Assembly (NCBI GenBank): GCA_963814495.1
Contig: CAWFDJ010000011.1
Location: 193,809 to 257,808, forward strand
Reading direction: 5' to 3'
From: an uncultured bacterium
GTDB taxonomy: Bacteria > Actinomycetota > Geothermincolia > Geothermincolales > Geothermincolaceae
DNA length: 64,000 nt
This document shows positions 22,852 to 32,356 of this stretch, in pieces (within the stretch, counting starts at the first letter, position 1; each line of letters begins with the position of its first letter). The translations under genes and the position numbers were made by a program. The notes beneath the pieces were generated by a model that worked only from the letters and a program-made list of their open reading frames with translations, ran no database searches and was not told where the DNA came from.

Positions 22852-24039
22852 TTATTCACCTCCTCCGGACGAAAGCTCTTCCCTGGCGGGGCAGGGCAGC
22901 AGCTGCACCGCCTCGCCCAGCAGGAAGTCCCCCTTCTCTATCCAGGCCTTCAGGGCCTGAGCGATCTCCCGGGCGCGCGAGTAGCTGGAGAGGGGGGCGG
23001 CGAGCACCTCCCGGCCCTCCAGCTCGAAGGAGCCGCTCTTCAGCTGGGCGTAGCTCACCTCCCCCAGGGACTTGCCGGTGCCCTGCGGGTAGTCGTAGGA
23101 GTAGTCGACCACCGGGGCGAAGAGCTCCGCGTCGGAGACGGCGGCGGCCCGCGCCACTTCCGCGTCCAGCACCGGGATGGGGATGCCCAGGCCCACGCTG
23201 ATGGTGGCGCCGTAGCCCAGGAAGGAGTTGCCCACCAGCCAGCGGGGGCTCATCCCCTTGAGGTCGCCCAGGACCGCGAGGGTCCCCGAGGGGACGCGCG
23301 GCGCGCCCCCCGCGGTACGCGCCACCTCGGGGTGGTGCTGGGTGCCGTTCCACGCCACGTAGCCGACGCCGCCGCCCAGGAAGACGCGCGTGCCGATGCC
23401 GATGGTGCGGAAACAGGGGTCGTTGAGGAGCGGGCTGAGCTGCCCGGCCGAGCAGTAGTTGGCGTTGCCCAGGTCGGGGCGGAGCAGCCCCATGTAGGTG
23501 TAGATGATGCGGTCGGACAGGTTCACCGCCACGTTGTAGTTCTGGTAGCCGTTGCGGGGGTTGAAGAGGAAGGCCTCGTTGACGTCGGCCAGGGTGATGT
23601 CCCGCTCCCAGCGCCGGTTGGGGTAGCAGTCGGTCCCGTAGGAAAACGCCTCCATCCTGACCTTGCGCCCCGCCACCAGGTCCTCGATGACGTGCCCGCC
23701 GCCGTACTTGAACTCGCCCGGGAACACCTCGTTGAGGGGGTCGGCCTCGGGCACCTCGGTGGCCCCGAGGTAGATGTCCACCGCGGCGATGCCGGAATAG
23801 GCGGGCACCCCGTTGAGCGTGGCCCGGGAGATCCTGATGCGGGGCTTTGAGTGGCCCAGGTTGATGAAGGCGCCCGACGAGCACATGGGGCCGAAGGTGC
23901 CGGTGGTGACCACGTCCACCTTCTCCGCCACCGCCTCGGCGCCGTCGCGCTTCACCAGGTCGATGATCTCCTCCGCGGTGACCACCACCACGCTGCCGGC
24001 TTTTATCTTCTCGTTTATCTCGGCGATCGTCTTCGCCAT
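22852..24039 (-). CDS. COG1900/DUF39-family homocysteine biosynthesis protein
   Basis: MAKTIAEINEKIKAGSVVVVTAEEI...VVTTGTFGPMCSSGAFINLGH. ATG 24037-24039 lies 8 nt after AGGAGG; the track start at 24048 is a GTG inside the RBS. Confidence 0.8.
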   Translation of the reverse strand: MAKTIAEINEKIKAGSVVVVTAEEIIDLVKRDGAEAVAEKVDVVTTGTFGPMCSSGAFINLGHSKPRIRISRATLNGVPAYSGIAAVDIYLGATEVPEADPLNEVFPGEFKYGGGHVIEDLVAGRKVRMEAFSYGTDCYPNRRWERDITLADVNEAFLFNPRNGYQNYNVAVNLSDRIIYTYMGLLRPDLGNANYCSAGQLSPLLNDPCFRTIGIGTRVFLGGGVGYVAWNGTQHHPEVARTAGGAPRVPSGTLAVLGDLKGMSPRWLVGNSFLGYGATISVGLGIPIPVLDAEVARAAAVSDAELFAPVVDYSYDYPQGTGKSLGEVSYAQLKSGSFELEGREVLAAPLSSYSRAREIAQALKAWIEKGDFLLGEAVQLLPCPAREELSSGGGE

Positions 24040-24135
24040 GTCATGCACCTCCTAGGATGTCCAGGTAACCCGATGATTCCTTCCGGGAGGCACGGGCATG
24101 ATCCATGTCATCTTCACCACCACCTTCGCTCTAAT

Positions 24136-24385
24136 AAAAAAACCACCGGCGACGCACCAACCGGCGGATTCCCTGCAAGGACCGTCTCGATCAGGTGCGG
24201 CGCCTCAAGCGCGATACCTTAGCCCATGGTAACGGGGGCGTCCGTCCTCGCCTACTCGGTCACCCTTTCGACGGGAAGCTCCAGGGCCATGTTCAGCCCG
24301 TTGTCGCGCACCGATTCTCAACCTCGGCTCGGCTCTCTGTAGCGCTACCGGCGGGCCTACTCCTCCCCTTCATCGCCTTTACTCA
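24136..24385 (-). promoter_or_regulatory. T-box-like leader RNA with terminator (probable Met/AUG specifier)
   Basis: The minus strand reads GGCGAUGAAGGGGAGGAGUAG (K-turn GAUGA / AGUA), CAGAGAGCC (AG bulge) and GGUUGAGAAUCGG (distal loop). The specifier loop is UGAAC-AUG-G, closed by AGGG/CCCU (AUG at 24288-24290). A CCGUUA F-box-like element follows, then GCGC-UUGAG-GCGC competing with the GGCGCCGCACC/GGUGCGUCGCC pairing. The hairpin CCGCCGG..CCGGUGG plus U7 ends at about 24136. Confidence 0.55.
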
Positions 24386-24417
24386 AGTATTCACTTTTCA
24401 ATGTGTAGGATTTTTCT

Positions 24418-24446
24418 ATTATGGTTGGAGGGTCGGAGGATGTCAA
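24418..24446 (-). promoter_or_regulatory. candidate sigma-70-type promoter for the T-box leader operon (TTGACA-17 nt-CATAAT)
   Basis: On the minus strand, TTGACA at 24446-24441, a 17-nt spacer, and CATAAT at 24423-24418, about 30 nt upstream of the leader stem I. Confidence 0.45.
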
Positions 24447-24641
24447 GGGAGCGGCCCAGCCGGCAGGCACGAACATAATAGTAAGCTAACAAGACTAAAA
24501 GGTCATAATAGATAGCCATAGCGTAATGCCTGTAAAAACGGTATGGGAATTTCCGACAGAGTGTACTATAATTGAATAGCAGCAAAAGAAAGCTGCAAAT
24601 ACTGATGAGTCAGTATTGGTATCTACTAAGGGAGGTAGAGG

Positions 24642-25052
24642 ATGAGCGCACTATTCGAGATGATGGGTTCGATCGCCGGCACGATCACCAACCTGATGGG
24701 CAAGATGCTCTCCAGCATGATCAAGGGCATGATGTCGACGCTGGACCCCAAGTTCGTCGCCGACATCGTCAACAACAGCGGGGACTTCCTGTCCAAGGTC
24801 ATCCCCGAACTGGACGCCAGGGCCCTGGCCGGCCCCATCAACGCCAACCCCGATTTCATGACCAAGCTCATCGGGGAACTCGACCCCGCCGCCATCGCGG
24901 AGTCCGTCAACAAGAACCAGCGTTTCGTCACCAAGATGGTGGAGGGCCTCAAGCCCGACGTCTTCTCGCGCTCGATGAACGTGGTCTTCAACAAGATGCG
25001 CAAGGTCACCTACAAGCCCAACTTCCGCAACCCCGACCCGATCAAAGACTAG
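24642..25052 (+). CDS. hypothetical protein built from four ~23-aa tandem repeats
   Basis: Strong RBS AGGGAGG 7 nt before the ATG. Repeats are LDPKFVADIVNNSGDFLSKVIPE / LDARALAGPINANPDFMTKLIGE / LDPAAIAESVNKNQRFVTKMVEG / LKPDVFSRSMNVVFNKM. Followed by a terminator. Confidence 0.7.
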   Translation: MSALFEMMGSIAGTITNLMGKMLSSMIKGMMSTLDPKFVADIVNNSGDFLSKVIPELDARALAGPINANPDFMTKLIGELDPAAIAESVNKNQRFVTKMVEGLKPDVFSRSMNVVFNKMRKVTYKPNFRNPDPIKD

Positions 25053-25074
25053 AAGCGCGAAACCAGGCACGCCA

Positions 25075-25097
25075 GGCGGCCCTCCGGGGCCGCCTTT
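25075..25097 (+). terminator. rho-independent terminator-like hairpin
   Basis: GGCGGCCC-TCCG-GGGCCGCC, a perfect 8-bp stem, followed by TTT. Confidence 0.55.
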
Positions 25098-25127
25098 CGC
25101 TATTCCGGCGTGCTGTATCATGTAGGT

Positions 25128-27287
25128 ATGAACGGAAGACGTCGCGCCTGCTGTTGCGCATCGGCCCTGCTGGTAGCGGCCCTTCTCGTCTCGGCCGGTT
25201 GCGTCGAGGGGGGCCGGGCTGTCGAGGAGGCCGGTAAGACCGGGCTCGGCTTGTCCTTCCTCAAGGCACCCGTCACCCTGGAAGTGAAGAAGATGCGGGT
25301 GGACGCGCGAGGCGTCCTGTGGGTCCTGACCTACGGCAGGGAGATGTACTCCCTCGACCCCGACCTCTACCTCTCCGGGCTCTCCGTGTGCGGCGAGCGC
25401 GGTGGAGGACTTCGCCCTCGAGGGCGGGGGAGACTGGGAGGACCCGGCGGCCGGCCACGTCTACCTGGCGTCGGGGGAGGAGGGCCTGCAGCGCATGGAC
25501 CGGGCCGGCGACCGCGTCCGGGAGACCGTTTCCGACATCATGATATCCGTCTACGCGGACGGGTCGGGCGGCGTCTACGCGGGCGGCGGGCAGGGCCTCT
25601 ACCAGCGGGTCGGGGACGGCTGGGAGAAGGTATGGGAAGACGGCGGGGACCCCCCGGGCACGCCGGTCCGGATGGCCGAGGCCTCCGAGGGGCTCCTGTG
25701 CGAGATATGGGAGAACCGCCTGGAACTGCTGGTACCGGGGGAGGCGCAGGGCCTGCCCGTGGAGGTGCCGGGGGAGAAGACCTTCCGCGTGGTCGAGCTG
25801 CTGGAGATGCCCTCCGGCGAGGCCTGCCTGGTGACCGCCCAGGGTGTCTACCTGCTCGAGGGGCGGGAGTTCACCCTGGTAAAGTGGAGCAACGACCCCA
25901 TCATCAGCGCCTCCCGCATCGGCGCCTCGGACCTCCTCCTGGGCAAGAACTCCGGCGCGCTGACCCGCCTCTCACCGGCTGCCGGGACGGAGGAGGAACT
26001 GGCCTCGCTGGACGAGCCGGTGGAGCACGTCAGCTCCTCGACGCGGGAGGTCATCTACGCGCAGTGCGCCTCGGGCATCTACTTCAGCCGCGACCTGATC
26101 TACGAGCCCCCGCGCCTGGCCGCCCGCGCCGGGTTCGAGGTGGAATGCGGCTCGGGCGAGCCCGGCGGCCTCCGCCTGTCCCTGCCGGTGTCCGACTTCC
26201 TCGACCCGGAGTGGTTCTATTACAAGGTGAACGCGGACGCTGCCGGCCTGGCCTGGGAACTGGAGCACGAGGGGCTGAACGGTCTCGACCTGGACCTGCG
26301 AGGGGGTCTCGGGCCGGCTGGGGGTGGAGACGCTGGCCGCGGCCTACCGGACCGACGACTTCCGTTTCAGCCCCGGCGACCTCCTGCCCTTCCCGGAGTC
26401 CTTCCCGGAGGAGGCCCGGCCGTACCTGCTCCCCCTGGCCGGCGTCCCCGGCGACCTGCCCGAGATCACCGCGGTGCTGGAGGACATCCCCGCCGAGGAC
26501 CGGGGGGACATGCTCGCGGTCCTGCTCGGCCTGACCCGGAACAGCCTCTTCTATCTAACAGCGTCCGAAGGCCGCGACCTGCCTCCCCCGTCCCTGGACA
26601 GGCGCGCGGGCGGAGGAGTACGCGCGCGAGGCGGTGACGCGGGTACTCCAGGGGGCGGGGGGTGACGACTACGCGCGCGCCCTGGCCTTCACCGCCCTCT
26701 GCCGCGCGGCGGGCATACCGGCCCGCACCGCCCTCTCCTTCGACCACTACCTCGACCAGGTGTACCTGTACGGCGTGGGGTGGGTGCCGGTGGACGTCTC
26801 CCGCCCTGTCTACGACTTCCTGGCCCCGAGTTACCCGGCCGTGGGGTCGCTGCCCGGCGGGGAGGGCTCCTTCATCACCGGGACGGGCGGGGTGGAGGAC
26901 GGCCTCGATTATCGCCGAGGCCTATCGGCCGAGCGGCGCGGCGCGGGTGCGGCACCCGGCGAGACCACGCTCATCTTCTGCCGGCCCGGTTCCTTTCGCC
27001 TGAGGGACCCGTCGGAGGCCATTCCCCTGGGCGGGGAAGCGAGCTTCCATTTCGAGGAGCGAGGGGGCGAGGTGCTGCTGGTCCGCGACACGCCGGCGGG
27101 CCGGGAGGAGACGCCCATCTACCAGGACCTCGACTCCTTTCCCCTGGCCGAGGACCTTGAGGTCGGCCTGTACCTGGTGGAGGAGAGGTACGTCGTGGTC
27201 GAGGTGCGCGCGGGCGCTCTGAGGCCGCCCGCTCCCGCTCCGCGCTGGTTGATTTGGTTGGTTTTCCCGCGATGCTATAATTATTGA
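25128..27287 (+). pseudogene. large lipoprotein with C-terminal transglutaminase-like domain (Cys replaced by Asp), three apparent 1-nt insertions (about 25400, 26290, 26605)
   Basis: Lipoprotein signal MNGRRRACCCASALLVAALLVSAGC. Coding sense passes through track ORFs 25110.., 25402.., 26324.. and 26634..27287, each step to the next frame (+1). The TGase-like core is GGDDYARALAFTALCRAAGIPAR...DHYLDQVYLYGVGWVPVDVS. Confidence 0.6.
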
Positions 27288-27336
27288 GCGAGGGTGCGAG
27301 CCGTATTCCCGTCGATCGTGGAACAACTGGTTGGTG

Positions 27337-27615
27337 ATGAGCATGGCCATTTTCAAAGGGGGAAAGCCCGACATCAAGAAGCTGGAAGCCCAGCGCGACC
27401 TCGACAAGTTGATCGAATTGCTGTCAAGCGAGGACCGCGACCTCCAGTACGCGGTGGTCGAGTCCATAACCCGGCTGGGCGACCAGCGGGGCATCGAGGC
27501 GCTGATGGCCCTGGTCGCCGACCCCGCCACCGACGAGCTGATCCGGGCCAAGGCCTGGCTGGCGCTGGACGTCGGCTGGGAGAGGGAAGCCAAGAAGCGC
27601 TCCACCTGGAAATGA
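27337..27615 (+). CDS. small HEAT-repeat protein
   Basis: DLDKLIELLSSEDRDLQYAVVESITRLGDQRGIEALMALVADP is PBS-lyase/HEAT-like. The stop overlaps the next start (ATGA at 27612-27615). Confidence 0.55.
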   Translation: MSMAIFKGGKPDIKKLEAQRDLDKLIELLSSEDRDLQYAVVESITRLGDQRGIEALMALVADPATDELIRAKAWLALDVGWEREAKKRSTWK

Positions 27616-28856
27616 GCCCGGATTCGCCCATGGAATACCCCAGGACACGCAGGCTCGAACCCTTTCCCCTTACCCACCAGGGCCGGGAGATGATCGGCCT
27701 GCGTGACCCGGAAGGGTTACTTCAAGGACGCGGTGGTCATCTCGCCCCCGGCCTATTTCATCGCCGCCCTCTGCGACGGCAAACGCTCGCTCCGCGACAT
27801 CCAGACCGCCTACGTCCGCAGGTACGGCGACCTCATCACCACCGACCAGCTGGAAGCCATCCTCCAGCAGCTGGAAGAACAGCTCATCCTGGACGGCCCG
27901 CGCTTCCGCGAGTTGAAGGCGGGCTTCGACAGGGAGTACATGAGCCTGCCCAACCGGCCCATGATCCTGGCCGGACGCAGCTATGCCCCCCAGCCCCGGG
28001 AACTGGCCGCGGAGATCGCCGCCATGCTCGAGGCGGCGGAGGGGAGCGAGGCCGGCGGCGGGCTGCCCGCGGGCCTGGTGGCGCCCCACATCGACCCGGA
28101 GCGCGGGGCCCGCTGCTACGGGGAGACCTACGCCTACCTGGCGCGCAGCCTAGCCGAGGACGCGCGGCCCCTGGTGGTCATCCTGGGCACCTGCCACGGG
28201 GAGATGGAGGGGGCCTTCGCCCTCACTTCCAAGGACTACCTTTCCCCCTTCGGCCTGGTGCGGACGGACGCGGGCATCGCCGCGGAGGTGGCGCGGGCGG
28301 CGGGTATGGACGGCCTGGGCGACGAGCTCTCCCACCGCCGGGAGCACTCCATCGAGATGCAGCTGCCCTTCCTGACGCTGGTCTTCGGCGGCGTGTGACA
28401 ATTTCAGCATCCTCCCCGTCACCTGCAACTCGTTCCACCCCTTCATCGAGGCCAAGGCCTCCCCCGCGCTGGACCCGGAGGTCGCGGGTTTCATCCGGGC
28501 GCTCCAGGGGCTCAGGTCGGCCCTGGGCGACGGGGTGATGTTCCTCGCCGCCGCCGACCTGGCCCACGTGGGCCGCCGCTTCGGGAGCCTGCTGCCGGTG
28601 GACACGGTCATCCTCTCCTCCGTCTCCGCCAAGGACAAGGAGATGCTGGGGCGCGCGGCGGCCGGCGACGCGGAGGGGTTCTACGACTTCGTGATGCGAG
28701 GAGGAGGACGGCCGGCACGTCTGCGGCCTTTCCCCCATCTACGCGGCGGTGAGCGCGCTGGGCGGCATGGAGGGGAGGCTCATCCACTACGACTACTGGC
28801 TGGACCCGCGGGAGGGCTCGGCCGTCACCTTCGCGGGCATGGCCTTTCCCGGTTGA
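27612..28856 (+). pseudogene. MEMO1-family protein (AmmeMemoRadiSam system protein B), three apparent 1-nt insertions (about 27716, 28394, 28697)
   Basis: LVAPHIDPERGARCYGETYAYL, HRREHSIEMQLPFLTLVFGG | DNFSILPVTCNSFH, FLAAADLAHVGRRFG, FVM | EEEDGRHVCGLSPIYAAV...VTFAGMAFPG. The frames step 0->1->2->0 and the total span is divisible by 3. Confidence 0.75.
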
Positions 28857-30487
28857 GGCACCGGGCCTCTAGGGGGACCGTGACCAGGTAGACCGACTCG
28901 AAGGGCGTGTAGTCCAGGGCCGTGCGCCGGTAGTCCCCCACCCTCTCCGATATCACCCGGGAGCTGCGGGCGAAGGTCAGGGGCATGACCGGGGCGTCCT
29001 CCAGGGCCAGCTTCTCCGCCTGGCGGTACAGCTCGATGCGCTTGCCGGTGTCCGGAGTGCGGCGGGCGCGGTCCAGCGCCGCGTCCACCTCGGGGTTGCC
29101 GTAACCCGTCAGGTTGGTGGAGCCCGCGTTGCCGGAGTGGAGGAGGGGGTAGAGGAAGGCGTCCATGACCGGGTAGTCGACCTGCCGTTCCAGGCAGAAG
29201 AAGCCGGCCCCGCCGGCACGCAGCAACTCCCCGTAGGCCTCCGCCGGGTAACCCTCGATGGCCAGGTCCACGCCCACCTGCCGGATGTCCGACTGCACCG
29301 ACCGGGCCACCAGCGCCTCGCTTTCCGCCCCGTCGTAGGCCAGGGTCAGGTCGATGGGGACGCCCTGGTTGAGAGGGAAGGCCCTGGCGATGAGGTTCCT
29401 GGCCTTCTCCGGGTCGTACCTGTAGGGCATGGCGCCGGACTGCCAGCCGAAGGTGCCCTGCGCCACCAGGCCGGTGGCGGCGGAGGCGGTGCCCTGCAGG
29501 ATGGAGGTGGCGAGGTGCTCGCGGTCCACCGCCCAGTTGAGGGCCTGCCGGAAGTCCTTATTGCTCTTCCAGGGCTCCGTCTCCATGTCGAAGCCGTAGT
29601 AGAGGGTGGAGAGCAGGGGCTTGAACAGCGCCCGGTCCCCGTACTCGAAGGCGGCCGCGTCGTACTGGCCGGCGGGGATGGGGGCGTCGTCCAGCAGTCC
29701 CTCCTTGAAGTCCCGCCAGCCCGACTCGACGTCCGGGTAGATCCGGAAGGCCACCTGGTCCAGCCGGGCCTGGTCCTCGCCGTAGTAGCCGTCGAACCTC
29801 TCGATGACCAGCTCGACCTGGTGCTCCCAGCTGCACCAGGCGGAAGGGCCCGGTGCCCACGGGGCGCTCGCCCAGGTCCCCGGACGCCTCCACCGGCACC
29901 GGCGAGAAGGCCGGGTGGGCCACGCAGGCCGGGAAGTCGGCGTAGGGGTACTCCAGGGTCACCTCGAGGGTGTAGTCGCCCACCGCCCGCAGGCCGGAAA
30001 GGGTGTTCGCGGCGCCCTCCCGCACCTCGCGGTAGCCCTTGATGATGGCGAGATGGTAGGAGGCCGGGCCCGCCGTGAGCGGGTCGGCCACCCGGTTCCA
30101 GGAGTAGACGAAGTCGGCGGCCGTGCACTCCCGGCCGTTGTGGAACTCCACCCCCGGCTTGAGGGTGAAGGTCCACACGGTGGCGTCGGCGCTGGCCGTC
30201 CAGGAATCGGCCATGGCCGGGACCACCTCCATGCTCTCCGGGTCGTAGCCGGTCAGGCCGTCGTAGACCTGCCGGGCCACCTGGAGCTCCATGGGACCCT
30301 GCAGCCAGGCCGGGTCGAGGGAGGCGGGCTCCATCAGGAAGGCCTGGAAGGTGCCGCCGTCGGTCAGTTCCGCGGGGATGTCCTTCCCGCAGCCGGGCGC
30401 GAGCAGCGCGAACAGCGCGAGTACCAGGGCCAGCGCGGCGCCAGGCGCCGGCATCTTCTTCTTACGCAAGGACGGCTCCCTTCCCAT
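28825..30487 (-). CDS. ABC transporter substrate-binding lipoprotein, family 5 (peptide/nickel type), one apparent 1-nt insertion at about 29835
   Basis: Signal/lipobox KKKMPAPGAALALVLALFALLAPGC. SBP_bac_5-like DSWTASADATVWTFTLKPGVEFHNGRECTAADFVYSW. GTGPFRLV in one frame continues as SWEHQVELVIERFDGYYG in the next (track ORFs 29558..30514 and 28825..29754). The start (30487 or 30454) is uncertain. Confidence 0.8.
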
Positions 30488-30606
30488 GATCGGATGCCCA
30501 TACGTGGACGCCAAGATTATATCCGATTCGCCCCGGTGCGCGCCTCACGCCGCGCGCGCCCCGTCCCGGCCTGGGGCCGCGCCCGCCTCCCGGTTATAAT
30601 GGACGC

Positions 30607-31827
30607 ATGAAGCAGACAGGTGAGCCGGGGTTCCTCAACCCGTTCGACCCGGAACGTTGCGACCTCTGCGGCAGGTGCCTCGAGGCCTGCCCGGTGCTGC
30701 GCCTGCCCGCGGGCGAGGCGGGGCGCGAGATGGCGGGGATGGTGAGGGAGGGAAGGCGCTCCCGCGCCCTGACAGCCTGCACCTCCTGCTACGACTGCGA
30801 CTTCGCCTGCCCCAACGGGGCCAACCCCTCCGGCTTCTTCCTGGAGTCCTGGCGGCGGGAGTACCAGGCGCGCGGGAGGCCGGAGCGGGCCCGTTACTTC
30901 ATGCCCCACGACCACCCCAACTTCCGCACTTACGTGATGGAGCGCCTGCCGGCGGACGAGCGGGCCATCCTTAAGAAGTGGGCCGACCCCACCCCGGCGG
31001 AGGAGATCTGCTACCCGGGGTGCAACGTCATCATGACCCCCTACCTGACGCGCACCTCCCTCCTCGAGGGCCTGGACATCCGGGGCACCCTGGACCACTG
31101 CTGCGGCGAGATGTACTACCGCATGGGCCAGCTGGACACCATGGCGCAGGTGGTGGAGCGCATGGACACGCACTTCCGGCGCATGGGGGTGCGCAGGATG
31201 GTCATCATGTGCACGGCCGGGTACTACATGTTCACGCGGGTCCACCCCCACCTGGGAGCCGAGTACGACTTCGAGATCGAGCCTTACCTCTCATGGTTGT
31301 GGAAGAGGGTGGAGAAAGGGGAGGTCCGGTTCACCAGGCCCCTGGACCTCACGGTGACCGTCCAGGACTCCTGCTACGCCAAGTTCTTCGGGCCGGAGTA
31401 CCTGGAGCTGCCCCGCAAGCTGCTGGAGGCCGCCGGGGCCAGGGTGGTGGAGATGAGGGACCACGGGGAGACCATGCGCTGCTGCGGCATCGGGTCGGGC
31501 TTCAGCGTGGCCTCGGCCTACCACCCCCTGCGCATGACCGCCTCCATCGGGAGGAACCTGGCGCAGGCGCGCGGCACCGGGGCGCAGGCCATGTGCGTCT
31601 ACTGCTCCGGCTGCCTGCAGACCTACTCCCTGGGCAAGCTGCTGCTGCCCTTCCCCATGCCGGTGTTCCACCTCCTGGAGCTGCTGCAGAAGGCCGTCGG
31701 CGAGGAGCCGGCGCGGCGCCAGGCCTCGCGCGCCTTCGCCACCATGCGGGGGATGGTCCGCCACCAGTTCCCGGCGCTGCTGTCGAGGAAGCGTTTCCAC
31801 ATGGAGCCGCTGGGGCCGCTGGAGTAG
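30607..31827 (+). CDS. (Fe-S)-binding oxidoreductase subunit, HdrD/GlcF/GlpC-like (ferredoxin-type clusters + two CCG domains)
   Basis: CDLCGRCLEACP and CTSCYDCDFACP cluster motifs, then two cysteine-rich CCG motifs, DHCCGEMYY and MRCCGIGSG. Confidence 0.75.
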   Translation: MKQTGEPGFLNPFDPERCDLCGRCLEACPVLRLPAGEAGREMAGMVREGRRSRALTACTSCYDCDFACPNGANPSGFFLESWRREYQARGRPERARYFMPHDHPNFRTYVMERLPADERAILKKWADPTPAEEICYPGCNVIMTPYLTRTSLLEGLDIRGTLDHCCGEMYYRMGQLDTMAQVVERMDTHFRRMGVRRMVIMCTAGYYMFTRVHPHLGAEYDFEIEPYLSWLWKRVEKGEVRFTRPLDLTVTVQDSCYAKFFGPEYLELPRKLLEAAGARVVEMRDHGETMRCCGIGSGFSVASAYHPLRMTASIGRNLAQARGTGAQAMCVYCSGCLQTYSLGKLLLPFPMPVFHLLELLQKAVGEEPARRQASRAFATMRGMVRHQFPALLSRKRFHMEPLGPLE

Positions 31828-31851
31828 CTTGGGGTAGCCGGGTTGAGCCGG

Positions 31852-32320
31852 TCAGACGTTCAGGTAGCAGGCGCCGTCGACGGTGACGACGTTGAAGGAC
31901 CTCGCGTCCCCCTCGCGCACGGTGACCTCCTGCGTGGCGCCGGAGGCGTCGGTCTCCTCGAAGACGCCCCAGTAGTAGACGTCGGCGGAGGAGTCGTCAA
32001 TCCTCTCGGTCCGGTAGGATATCTCCCGGATGGCCGTGTAGGGGAACTCGAAGCGCAGGGCATTAAGGAAGACCTGGCCCAGCTCCTCCTCGCGTGGCCT
32101 GGGGCATGTCCGCTTGTATCTCCACCAGCCGCTCGGGCGGCAGGGCCTTGAGCACCGCGGCGGGGTCGCCGTCGACGATGCCGCGCAGGAACGAGTCCAC
32201 CACCAGCTCCTCGGGCGTGAGCTCGGCCTTGCCGCCCCCGCCGCACCCGCAAAGGGCCGCGGCCGACAGCAGCATTGCCAGGATGAACGTGAGCAGCCTC
32301 AAGGCGGCCTGGTTTTTCAT
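31852..32320 (-). CDS. small lipoprotein of unknown function, one apparent 1-nt insertion at about 32095
   Basis: MKNQAALRLLTFILAMLLSAAALCGC lipobox. After ...EIQADMPQAT the sense frame shifts to EEELGQVFLNALRFEFPYTAIREISYRTERIDDSSADVYYWGVFEETDASGATQEVTVREGDARSFNVVTVDGACYLNV with a stop at 31852-31854. Confidence 0.6.
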
Positions 32321-32356
32321 GCATAAGAGTATACCAAAGGTTGCCCGTGGAAGGCC

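Noticed and set aside
24130-24400. The structured region upstream of the homocysteine operon as a SAM, SAH or cobalamin riboswitch, or as RNase P, tmRNA or SRP RNA
   Set aside because: I could not find the SAM-I core (GAGGGA...GCAACC...GGUGC.AA.UCC), a B12 box, the RNase P P4 motif GAGGAAAGUCC, or tmRNA ends. The stem-I-type motifs fit a T-box much better. This still needs covariance-model confirmation.
28825-28871. 32-nt overlap of the convergent Memo and SBP genes as a real feature
   Set aside because: A G5 run at 28867-28871 would give an earlier SBP stop (…VYLVTVP*) if one base were spurious. Given the indel problem, I do not interpret the overlap.
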